Positions 1-10,255 of a stretch of 64,000 bases of DNA are shown one piece after another. Position numbers and translations under genes: made by a program. The DNA comes from Trichosphaerium sp. ATCC 40318. Lineage: Eukaryota > Protista > Tubulinea. Position 1 is the first letter of the stretch. Every line of letters starts with the position of its first letter. Location: positions 1 to 64,000 of the forward strand of contig JALMLS010000572.1 of NCBI GenBank assembly GCA_038496445.1. Reading direction: 5' to 3'. The notes beneath the pieces were generated by a model. That model did not search any database, was not told where the DNA came from, and saw only the letters and a list, made by a program, of their open reading frames with translations.

Positions 1-1480
1 AATGAGCACGTAGAATCTTTTCTGAATACTGATAGTAACCAACCTACTCGAAGTGAGCACAAGAGAGGAAGCGAAAAATCCAAAAACAATCCAAAAAAAC
101 GCACGTGTGGTTTTATGTGAGATTTTGGTGCAAGGACAGAAAACATCGCTGTGACCATACCAGGAACTTGTTCCAGAACTTTAGTAGTCTCTGGGCAAGC
201 AGAGCAATTTTGCTCTATTTTGTTGTCAAAAGCGAACATGCCAAGTACATTCCATCCACGTTTACACAAATATTTCTGGCCAAGCAACCTTTGATAAAAA
301 TTTTTTATAAGTCATTACCCTTTACCAAACACAAACTACGTACTAATTTTGCCTTTAATAAGTCTTCCATTCCTTACGTATAACAGGCCATTTGTCTTCT
401 AACATTTTACAAAATGGAAACTCTGAAGGGTCATAAAAAGCTTTGCCAGGTTTTTTGCTTCCTAATTTGAGAAAAATCAGCAAACGTTTCAAACAAAAGG
501 CGGATTAAAAATGGAATGGTTTGCTTGTTCACGCACCCAGCAATATTCCTAGGTTACGCAAAATACCAAGTAACCAATCTTGTTCTTCCTCGCAGCTTGG
601 TACGCTCATTATACTAGCTGGAAGTCAGAAATAAACACAAAAAACTTCGCGAGAAAATTACCGTTTGCGAGCAGACAGCCATGGACCGTTTCTTTCTGTG
701 TCTTCTGTCTTAAGGTGCTCTCGAATAGAGTCTAATAATACAGCTACAACAATCGTCAAAAACAAAATAAAAAATATTAGTTGTACCATGTTCTGTTAGG
801 TAATAGAACGCCTTCGTAGCGTATTGGCGTTCCAATGAAGGACCTAGACGAATAAATAAGTAACTAATGAAATAATATCAAGCGTCGTATCAGGCTCGCA
901 ATGGCTACATAGAGCGAAGTATATGGCGTGGAGATGTTTAAATTTGTTTAATATAGGTACCTGCTTTCAACACATAACGCGCAAATATCGGAATACCGTC
1001 AAATTCGAGCAATGGTACGTGCGTTTCCTCTAGCGAGCGTGTGTAAGTGAATCTATGTTAGGCAACACAACCATACCTGTTTCTGTCAGAACGGCTAACA
1101 CGCACAACGCTTGCGCTCGCACGTTGTCGCCCATAGCCGTTGCGTCAAGGCTAACGTCACCGGTTGCTGCCAGGTCTAATAATCGGCGCAAAAGCGCTTT
1201 GTTATCACCTACTTCTACTTTGGCAAGGTCTGTGCACATACAGTTAGGTATTGATATTTATTGCTCAAACTGTACCTCCTGTTTCACAAAACCTCTCAAG
1301 ATTATTAAGACACGCAAGGAGCTTCTTTTTATCATCGTTTGCCAGATTTGTGGCGATGTCGCCAAGCGTGTTTTCATCAACAGATTGGAAGAATTTCTGT
1401 CTTGCGAACTCTTCCAGTTCCTCTTCTAGGTTACTTTTCTCTGCTTGCATCATCTTTGGTGTCGGTTTTTTTTTTGACAA
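1..1480 (-). CDS. Multi-exon helical (ARM/HEAT-like) protein of unknown function, runs off the left edge
   Basis: ATG at 1480 (MSKKKPTPK...). Exons ...LLACLNNLERFCET / LAKVEVGDNKALLRRLLDL...VRAQALCVLAVLTET / EETHVPLLEFDGIPIFARY show ARM-like helical patterning and are joined by GT-AG introns. Confidence 0.55.
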
Positions 1481-1661
1481 TCAAAGTTAAGGCAGCAATT
1501 TTGGTAACAATTGTATTGCCTGGATTCTAGTACATTTACCTACGCTATGCCGAGTAGCTAATAAAATAGGAAAGTAAACTGTATTTGATCAGTTCCTGTT
1601 CGCCACAATGCCACGACCCGATATTGCGATCAAACACGTTTGTCCATCGGTTGCCATGGTA

Positions 1662-3103
1662 CCCATGGTTAAAACCTGGCCTGATCGACAATCAATTCAA
1701 ACAGTTCAAAAATACCCTTACAAATCACACTTATTATATCCATACCCAAAACTCCCCTTCTAGCCGTCAACGTATGTACTCTTTTTGTACAACTCTCCTT
1801 TTATGACAAAGTTTATGTGGTACACTCAGGTGGGGTAGCCTCAGCAAGCTTGCAAAAACAATCGTGACTTGCGAATCAGCGAGTTGGAAGCATTGCGAAT
1901 ATGTTGTTATTGCCATTGAATTCTTAAGATGCATAACGAAACGTTAACATGTCATCACTGAATTATTGCTGTTTATTTCATGTAGTGTTCAAGTCGAGTC
2001 AAAACAACTACAATGTCAAAGAACTGCCACGTACTTGTTCAAAATGCAAATCTACTTACTAATGAGCGTACTATAGGTAAATACAGCTGATTCAGGGCAC
2101 TCCTTCTTATTGGACCTTCCTATTGAGCTACAGCTTGATATTATGGATTTAGATGCACAGGTGTAAAGATGCCCGGATTTATACTATCTCAATTATACTG
2201 AGATTCCGTAGGCATCTCATACTAAATAAAATAGTATGAAATCTCCCGACTAAATACTTGTAATAACTGTAAGTAATAATAAACATAATTTAATAACTAA
2301 ACTCGTGTTACACCTTCTCTTCAATCACTGACTAAGTACGTCGTGATATTATACATATACTAATTAGGTAGTAAAAGTAAATAACGGACGCTTTTACACA
2401 GGTGTACAACAAATGGCCTGTATTATCAAAATACAGTGCAAAGACAACAAGGTATGATGACAAGCTTAAAAAGCACGGAAAATGGCGTAGAGGGTATACA
2501 AACAAGGTAATGCACCACAAGTTGTATGTGAATGTTCTTGGAATCACGGACAACTACATGGAGTGTTTAAGTTATTCAATTCCAGTGGTATTCTATCTCA
2601 AGTAAACTACGTGAAAGGTAAACAAGAAGGACAGTACAACAAGTGGCATAGAGATGGTAAGCTTTGGGAACAGATTAATTATATCAATGGTAAGCGAGAA
2701 GGTGTATACAAGAAATGGTTTAAAAATGGACAGATAATGAAGGAGTATAATTATGTTAATAACCAGAATGAAGGTGATTATAAAAAATGGCATATAAATG
2801 GTACATTGCATGAGGAATTTAGATTGGAAAACAATAATGTAGGATCATATCAGAGATGGTATGATAATGGACAAGTTTGGGAGAAGTATGAGTATGTTAA
2901 TGGTAAACGAGAAGGAGACTATAAACTTTGGCATAAAAATGGAGAGTTGTACAAAAAGAGTACATACGTTGACGGTTTTCTAGAAGGGGAGTTTTGGGTA
3001 TGGTATAATAATGGAAGTGTGATTTGTAAGGGTATTTTTGTAAAAGGTAAGGCTGTTTATGAACAAGGTGAATTGTCGATCAGGCACAGGTTTTAACCAT
3101 GGG
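1662..3103. mobile_element. Non-autonomous TIR DNA-transposon-like element (~1.44 kb) carrying F-box/MORN-variant cargo
   Basis: Left end CCCATGGTTAAAACCTG-GCCTGATCGACAAT (1662-1692) is the reverse complement of right end ATTGTCGATCAGGCACAGGTTTTAACCATGGG (3072-3103), with one 1-nt indel. TA flanks both ends (1660-1661, 3104-3105) within GGTACC. No intact transposase inside. Confidence 0.8.
2101..3096 (+). pseudogene. Disrupted F-box-like + MORN-variant (MORN_2/YwqK-type) repeat gene, intronless, giant-virus-like
   Basis: 2101-2166 reads SFLLDLPIELQLDIMDLDAQV* (F-box-like LLDLPxE). 2402-2530 gives KKHGKWRRGY, then a frameshift into CSWNHGQLHGVFK.... ORF 2563-3096 has about 7 repeats of Y.NG..EG.Y..W..NG.... 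The stop codon lies inside the right TIR. Confidence 0.75.
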
Positions 3104-3119
3104 TACCACTGGTGATTGA

Positions 3120-3204
3120 AGATGCACAGGTTTCTGGAATTTCTGGAATTTCAATAAGTTCTGCACCGTCTGAATTCTGGAACGTTCCAGAAACCTGTGC
3201 ATCT
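3120..3204. repeat. Short inverted repeat/hairpin (20 bp arms)
   Basis: AGATGCACAGGTTTCTGGAA (3120-3139) and TTCCAGAAACCTGTGCATCT (3185-3204) are exact reverse complements. Confidence 0.8.
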
Positions 3205-3548
3205 CCATTGTGTCGTACAAGATTCAAACTCACTCCGAAAATGAGTGTTAATACGCTTTTGGCGTAGTGGTAGACAATGGCTCCTAACATCAACCCAAAT
3301 AAAAAAACAGGCACTTTTTTTCTTCATTTTGTTTTATCCCGTGGTATTGTAGTAACCAGTTCTACTAAGTGTAACTAACATGGTTTTGATGTTTAAACGT
3401 TTAATATTCATAATATTTATTCACATTTAAGAAACTTATGAGTCGCGTGAAGAATAGAATCATTGTATTATTGTTATTGCAAGAATTTTGTATACCTTAA
3501 TGCTTCTTTCTTTGTATGTTGCTGGAAATGTTCTTTTCTTTCTATGAA

Positions 3549-6020
3549 TTATAATGATGCAGTAAATTCCGCAGGCTTGAGGGAACCTTCTATTTCTTCT
3601 GGTGTTACCCATTTGTAAAAAACTGAATGTCCTTCTCCACGTGATAACAAGTAATTCTTATCATTTTCTTGTCCACCTTTCTTCTTGGCTTTGACCCACC
3701 ATCCATCCACAGTCTCACGACCTACAAACAAAAATAAACAAATGGCAAACTAACATTTTAAATACTTAAAAGGGAGGTACATACCTATGAAAATATCTGA
3801 AAGAGAAAACTCAATTTCTTGTCCATCCTAAGCAGTCTTTTTAGCATAAACCGGCTTGTCAAAAAACCAATACTCACGTGTAGAACGCCATGAACATAAG
3901 TCTCATTTTGAGTCTTACTATCACCGACAATACACAACTCACTATGTGCTATGCCTTGTTGAAGTATTAGCTTAAACTTTACCATCATATTTATGTCGGG
4001 AGGTACCTCTATTATCCTTACACTTGCTATCACTGTAGGATGTATCTGCTGAAATAACGTGAAGATCTCCAGCTTTAATTATATTTGGTGAATCACCTAT
4101 TAAGTTGGTTTTAAGTAAGTCGTAGGCTCAAAGTTGCTATTTTGTCGTAATCAGGAGCTTACCAAACGGTTTATGTCCAGTGACAATACGGTTGATGCCA
4201 CTCTTTTTCATATATTGTCTTACTTGTGTACTAACAGGTGTAGGGTGACCTATAAGGTATGGTAAAGAGTTTGAAACATATACTACCTCTCTGCTGTGCG
4301 CAGAACAACTATGTTTTCCAAGGGAAATGTGAGGTACCTCCAGGTATAAAATCAATAACGATAACAGTACGTCGTAGCATAGCACGACCATAACCGTATC
4401 CCATTAGAAATGAACCACCTCTTTGTGTACGGTCATCATTCCACAAAGGTTGTGCTTTCCAAGCAGCCAAACCCTCTTTTGCAAAAGTATTTAAACGGTT
4501 TATCCACTCTTGACATGAATGTGTATCCTTTAGCTCTTGTCCTGTAATATCCTATTTATAACAGAGTATTAACTCTAGAAGGCACGTATATTTGAGAGCT
4601 TGATATTTTTCATAGCAATTGAAACAAAAACAAACAGGTTCTTGTTACGTACTTCAAGTTTTTGAAGAGCATCTTTGTTGTTATGACTTGGTATGAATCC
4701 GATTGTTGAATCTGATACACCGCCTAGTTAAAATCAGTGTAAGCTATTATCAATTGATACGTGCTAGAAAAACCTTGAACATATGATTACGTACCATGAA
4801 CAAACAAAGTGTTGCCGATAACAGCTCCAATTTGTGCATTCTCCAAATATTCTTAAAATAACACGTAAGTACATTCAAGGGCTGTGATACCACAGACATA
4901 CCTCTAACTAAACCACCCTCTTGTACTGACTCAAGAACATTATCAAATACATCTTGGTCACTTATATCGCTTACAGGGCAGTTTTTAAGAGCACTTAATT
5001 CCTGGAAAGTGTCAGTTTGAAAGAAAAAAAACCTACAGCGGAACGTCTTTACCTGTCTGCGAAACTCAAAAGTATCAGGGCAACCCATAGTATGCTTAAA
5101 TAAAAACTTTAACCTATTTACTGGAGTGTTATGCTTCTCATAAAGTTCTGGGCTGTAATCTCCATTGTCCTTTAGGAGAGAAAAGAACATGTTAGTTTAA
5201 CCATGTTTTAAAAGCAAAATAATGTGATGAGATACTTACTTCTTTAGGTGCATTAATCTCATCAAGTAGCTTCCGCACAAACTTTTTTGGCGTAACTCGT
5301 CGTTCTTCATCAACCTAAAAACAGTTAAAACCACCAGTAATGTTGTCGAGTATAGCAACCCAGTAAGGTCCTGGAACTTCATCGAGTGGCCTATCTGTAT
5401 CTGTCTTATGTAACTCACTACTGAACTTCAGCTTGTTCAAATCTCGGTTACCTAGAATCACCTTAGTACTTACAGTTATCACTCTTTAAAGTACTAACCA
5501 ATAATAAGGAAAACACGCTCAGGATAACGTTTCTAAAGAGAGAACTGTAAGGTGACAAGAACGGAAACAAGCATTGCATTCTTATCACTAACCTTAAGTG
5601 ATACAAGATCTTGAGTGACACGTAAGTCACCATTACCTTTATCGCAAACATCTCCTCCATACACTTCAAAAAACAGTAAGACACAGGTGAGCTCACTAAA
5701 GGAATTCAAAAGAGACGTACCAAAGTATTTATTGTCTCTTAAATGCAACTCTACATAATCATGTAAGAACAAGGAGGTGGTAGCAAAAGGTTTTGTTTTT
5801 TGTTTGTCTTTGTTTTCACGTGCCTTTTTTGTTCTCTTCTTTTCTGTATTCAAGGACGTTACTTAGAGCGATGTATCGATTCCAATAGTCTAAATTTCCC
5901 TTTTAAAGGCGGTAAGCATTTTTCACACTAAGTACATAGAACAAGATATAAAACACTGAATACGCTATAATATTATACCTCGACGTCTGTGACGAAACCA
6001 ATTTCGAATTTATCCGTCAT
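3549..6020 (-). CDS. Calcineurin-like metallophosphoesterase (multi-exon)
   Basis: MTDKFEIGFVTDVEG (DxxG), YGGDVCDKG (GDxxDxG), VILGNRDLNK (GNxD), and IVTGHKPFG (GH) motifs across exons. Confidence 0.8.
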
Positions 6021-6259
6021 TGTACGTGAAGTATCTAAAACTGTTTATATTGAGCTTACAGAAGGCTACTTACTGCTACAATAAGCTTTAGATCTTCTAG
6101 TAGATGTTCTACGTTTTGGTATCGATTTAGGCGTGCTAAGGTAACTAGAGCGACTAAATAGGCGATATGACGTCCTACTATGGAACTTTAAAGCTAGAAT
6201 CTTGATTGTACTGGACTTTATGCCGAATGTGATTTTGAAAAACTGTCAGTGAAACCTTC

Positions 6260-6490
6260 CGTTGACTTATTGCTTATGAACTCACTTACATCAATCTTAT
6301 AGTTGTTTACTGAAGAGTATGAACTCAAGTAATAATTCCTACGTTGAGTAAACTATGAAGGGAGGACGGAGAAAGAAAAAAAATACTCATTGTTGTGATT
6401 GGCAAAAAACCAAAAAGTGTCTGTAAGTGAAAACACCACAAGGCAAAAGATCATCGCTGGCAACCTACGTACTCATGCCTTATCATAGCA
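6260..6490 (-). pseudogene. Decayed copy of the last exon and 3' flank of the CBS gene
   Basis: 6351-6485 (aactatgaagggaggac...tgtctgtaagtgaaaacaccacaaggc...agatcatcgctggcaacc) aligns in the same orientation to 13071-13200 (aactacgaaggaggac...tgtctgtaagtgataatacaccacgtggc...agatcatcggtgacaacc), with indels. Confidence 0.7.
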
Positions 6491-6653
6491 AGTGGTTCCT
6501 GTTAATAATATTCGTGCATGTTCATCTAATACAACAGACTACTAATCATTTCAAGAGATTGGCGATAATTTTATTTAATAGGTTAAAAACAATATGTACA
6601 TGTGTAGTATTATCAAACCAAATCCCCATCTATTTGTCGTCTATTTTACAAGC

Positions 6654-9600
6654 TTAGGAAAACTGCTTGCCAAGCGGTTTTCCCTCATCATATGTGGCAT
6701 TGTTGACTTCGTCAACTGTGGCAGACGTAATATTTGTCAACTTAAACTTCTCATCAAACCACGCTCCAAGTCTGTCATAGTCCATTTTTTGAGCATAGCG
6801 CATAGGTACTTTGAAATAAGCCAGGATCTTATCCCAATTCATACTGATCATCTTTTGGGCAGTAAAGCTACGGTGTGGATCATCTTTCCAATCAATTTTT
6901 TCGTATGGTTCAGTAAAGCATTCGATACGAGCATGTCTTGGTAGTGTCAAGTATGCGTACATCTTGACAAGGGATACGAGGTCGTGCCATGGTTGTGGAG
7001 TAAATTCGATGTTGGGTTCATATTCGAGACACAGCTTTGAAGGTGCGAACAGAACATTGCCTTGGAACTCAACTTGTACACCTTCTTTGGCAGCACACGC
7101 CCAGTCAATAATGTACAACTCCTCTTCAAACCATATGACATTTGTAAGTGAGATATCTCTGAAAGGAAGAAGAGTCAATAAAAAGAAGAACACTAAGTTC
7201 AGAAAGGAGGAAAAAAAACCACGTGAAACTATGTAAGGTACCTGTGTACATATCCCAAGTCATGTGCAGCCTTTAGTGTCTTCACGAGAGATGAAAATGA
7301 GCACACGAGTCCTGTAATAGAGAATTCATCTGCGCTGAGTACTTGACCAACTGGTTCAGAAACGAAAAATATCTTGTTAGGGTTCTAGTAACAACATCAG
7401 CACAAACAACAGGAACAAAAGAAACTGAGAGTAAAAAAAAAAAACAAAACGTACTGCTCTTCCAGGTTTCCAAGATGTACGTGTTACTGTTGGAACATGA
7501 GCAGTTTCACATGGCTTTAGTTCATTCAGTACTTCTACTTCATGTTTTGCCGCCTCTAAAAATAGCGGATCTGGTAGGAGATGTTTTACAGCATAAGTCT
7601 TGTCAGCTGCTCGAACCTGGTAGACAGATGCTGATGCACCTTTACCCAGAATATTCGTTGCTGCATAGTAGGTCCCACCAATTTTGAACTGAGGTACAGA
7701 CCATCCGAGTTCCTCAGGAGACCGTGCCATGAGGTGGTTGATCATCTTTGCTCCCTCAGAGTTTTTACCGACAAAGTCATACACTTTCGTAAAATAGAAT
7801 TTATCGCCATCTGCTGTAGTGCCGTCCCAGTCCATACGCAGGAACTGTACGTATTTCTCGTTTGAAATAACTGCTGTCACTGATGTACGTGTTGGTTGAG
7901 CAGCCATAACACGAATACAATACATCCTAAAAACTGTGTCAACAACACAAGCAAGAGAAAAAAAAAGATGTTCGTACATTATTTGTCCAAGTTTTGCTGG
8001 TTCAAAACTTTTGGATTGTCCCACAACCAACTTGACCTCCCATGGTACTATGATCTGATACGATGTCGGTATGGTGATACCAAGGTTTCTGGGTGCCAGG
8101 AGGATGTCTGGTTTGGCAAAGCCATGCTCAGGTGTTTTTGGAAATGTATGGTTACTTTTGCCATCAAAGGCCATCATGTAATCAGAAGTGTTATCCTTGT
8201 TCAACAGTTCAACTGTTTGCTCTGTGAGGTAATCTTCCTTTTGTTGCCAGGTTTTCTTGATTTTATCCGCGCCCTTTCGTCGTTTGGTTTTCGTGACCGC
8301 TCGCTGCTTGGGCATCTTTGCAAACACGTTTTTAGGCAATCCGCGAAAATACTTTAAATATGATCCCTCGAGCCATGACTTCACCGCGAATAGTATGTCT
8401 CCAAGGTTATCGAATCTGCTGAACAATTCTGAGTACTCTAAAAATAAAAATAAGGTGTGATGAATTCATTGAGTAGATTTGTAAAACAAAAAAGTGACCA
8501 CCAAAAACTGAGCGTACTCATTATTGAGAGAGAATGGAGGTGTGCCTTTCGCAATTTTATCAATGCGACTGCATCGGCAAGTCCTTTTAATTGTGCCTCT
8601 GTGATCGCATTTTGTGCTTGTATGGCATCATTTTGTGCTTGTATGGCTGCGTTTTGCACTTTCAATTCTCGGATCTCACGTTCATTTTTCGCATCTCTTT
8701 CAGCATGTTGCGCTTGTATGGCATCATTTTTCGCTTGTGCGGCGTTCAATTTTTGAATCTCGCGCATAAAAAAATTGTCCATGCTCCTTTCTTGTTCATA
8801 ACCCTCATTTATGACGATTGAATGTCGGAGGCGCTTAGATTTGGTAGTCTCTGGAGAATCGGATGCTTTGTATGATATTGAACCAGTTGAGCTTCCACTT
8901 GACCGCCTACTACCAGATTTGTTCGGAGATGTGGGTGTGATTGGACCAGTGGATCTCGAGGCCTTTTGGTTGCTTGTAACATGTGTAGGAGAGCCTGCAG
9001 GCCGTTTACGAGTTCGTTTTATTTTGATAATTCGGCGTCTTTTTTGTACTTTTCCAGTCAGAGGTTGGGAAGTTGGGGTACGTTTTTTGGTTCCCCTTGG
9101 TCGAATGGCCGGTTTGGGTACTACAGTACATTAATCAGGAGCACACTTATTGGTGAAAACCGTTTCAAAAACACGCGGTTAAATGCGCGCTTTGAAAATC
9201 CGCGGCAAAAAAAAAGCGTACGTTTATACTTTGTTAAGAGGCTAACAGCCAACTGCGCCTTTACTTGTTTACCAATTGGCACTTCAAGGCTTCTACACAG
9301 ATCCTTTAATTCTGGCACCCTTAAACGCTTCAATTGGACTAGAATAACGGTTATTGATGAAGTGTCATTAATACCAACCGATTTATTGCGTGTTGTTGGC
9401 TAACACAAAAAAAACACTACTAAAAGGCTACCGTACGTGTTTTAGGATGCTTTTCAATGGTATTTACTAATTGTTGAGCGGTACGGCCTTTTGTACTCAA
9501 CTTTAGAGCAGAACAAATGGCGCGCAGCTCCCTTCGCGGAAATTTTGTAATCACTGACGCCACTGTCAAGTGCTTTTGCTTTTTTGCGACCCTTCCTGTG

Positions 9601-9668
9601 GAGAGTGGCGCTTTGGCAGCTTTGCGTTTATTTGACGCTTTCTTGCGACCTCCCCTGAGTTTGGACAT
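6654..9668 (-). CDS. SAP-SAP / coiled-coil / PD-(D/E)XK nuclease-like / FunK1-type protein kinase (Crinkler-RHS-like), copy A
   Basis: MSKLRGGRKK start. SAP-like FPRRELRAICSALKLSTKGRTAQQLVNTI and LKRLRVPELKDLCRSLEVPIGKQVKAQLAVSLL. QAQNDAI heptads. Nuclease-like KPDILL...WEVK...LGQI..YC.RV..AQPTR. Kinase motifs LGKGASASVY, AVK, HRDISLTN (across an intron), IIDW, GNVLFAP, PWHDLVSL. Confidence 0.8.
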
Positions 9669-9810
9669 CAGCTGTACCCCTTTTGGGCTATATTTGATTT
9701 GCCATCAGGTGCTCATCTTGTTGTTTCGCTAAAAATACGACTTAACATCAAAGACAAGTTAAACACTTGTGAACAAAGGACACTTTGAGTTTCTTCTTGA
9801 ACTGAACGGT

Positions 9811-9975
9811 TGAAAGTTTCAATAAAATGTATGCCACGTGCTTTTTGTACTGCTGATTCCAAAGTTTTATCCATCTTTACTACTCCTTCATCTGTTTTAT
9901 CAACAGTCCCAAGTGCTTTTAAACAGTCTTATACTCAAAAGAGGATCCTCTTTGTTGGTAGCATTCCTTTATGCC
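9811..9975 (-). pseudogene. Fragment of CBS gene penultimate exon/intron in the palindrome spacer
   Basis: 9811-9930 is nearly identical to 13241-13360 (tgaaagtttcaataaaatgtatgccacgtgctttttgtactgctgattccaaag...), then decays. Confidence 0.85.
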
Positions 9976-10255
9976 TGGCGTACAGAACAAAACAATAGGT
10001 ACCACCAACACAAACAACACTTTGCAAGCAACAAAAGCACAGCTACAAATTATGGATTGGTTTGCAATGCCATGGCGTTAAGAGATAAACTATCAAACAT
10101 TTAGCATTTGAAATCATGTACCTTACGGGTGAATGTTGAAGTCATTTTCAAACAGAAACTTGATTTTAAGTCGTATTTTTAGCGAAACAACAAGACGAGC
10201 ACCTGATGATGGCAAATACCTGCTATACAAATGTAGCCCACAAGAGACAGAGATG

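Noticed and set aside
1805-1950. QSLCGTLRWGSLSKLAKTI inside the TIR element, reminiscent of the hAT transposase TRWxS motif
   Set aside because: Too short, bounded by stops, and no 8 bp TSD fits the element ends.
2563-3096. Bacterial YwqK antitoxin / toxin-antitoxin system
   Set aside because: Shares only the MORN-variant repeat; no toxin partner or operon, and the context is eukaryotic.
3093-3096. Overlapping convergent stop codons suggesting a compact viral gene pair
   Set aside because: Both stops come from the TTAA inside the TIR, so the overlap results from the insertion.
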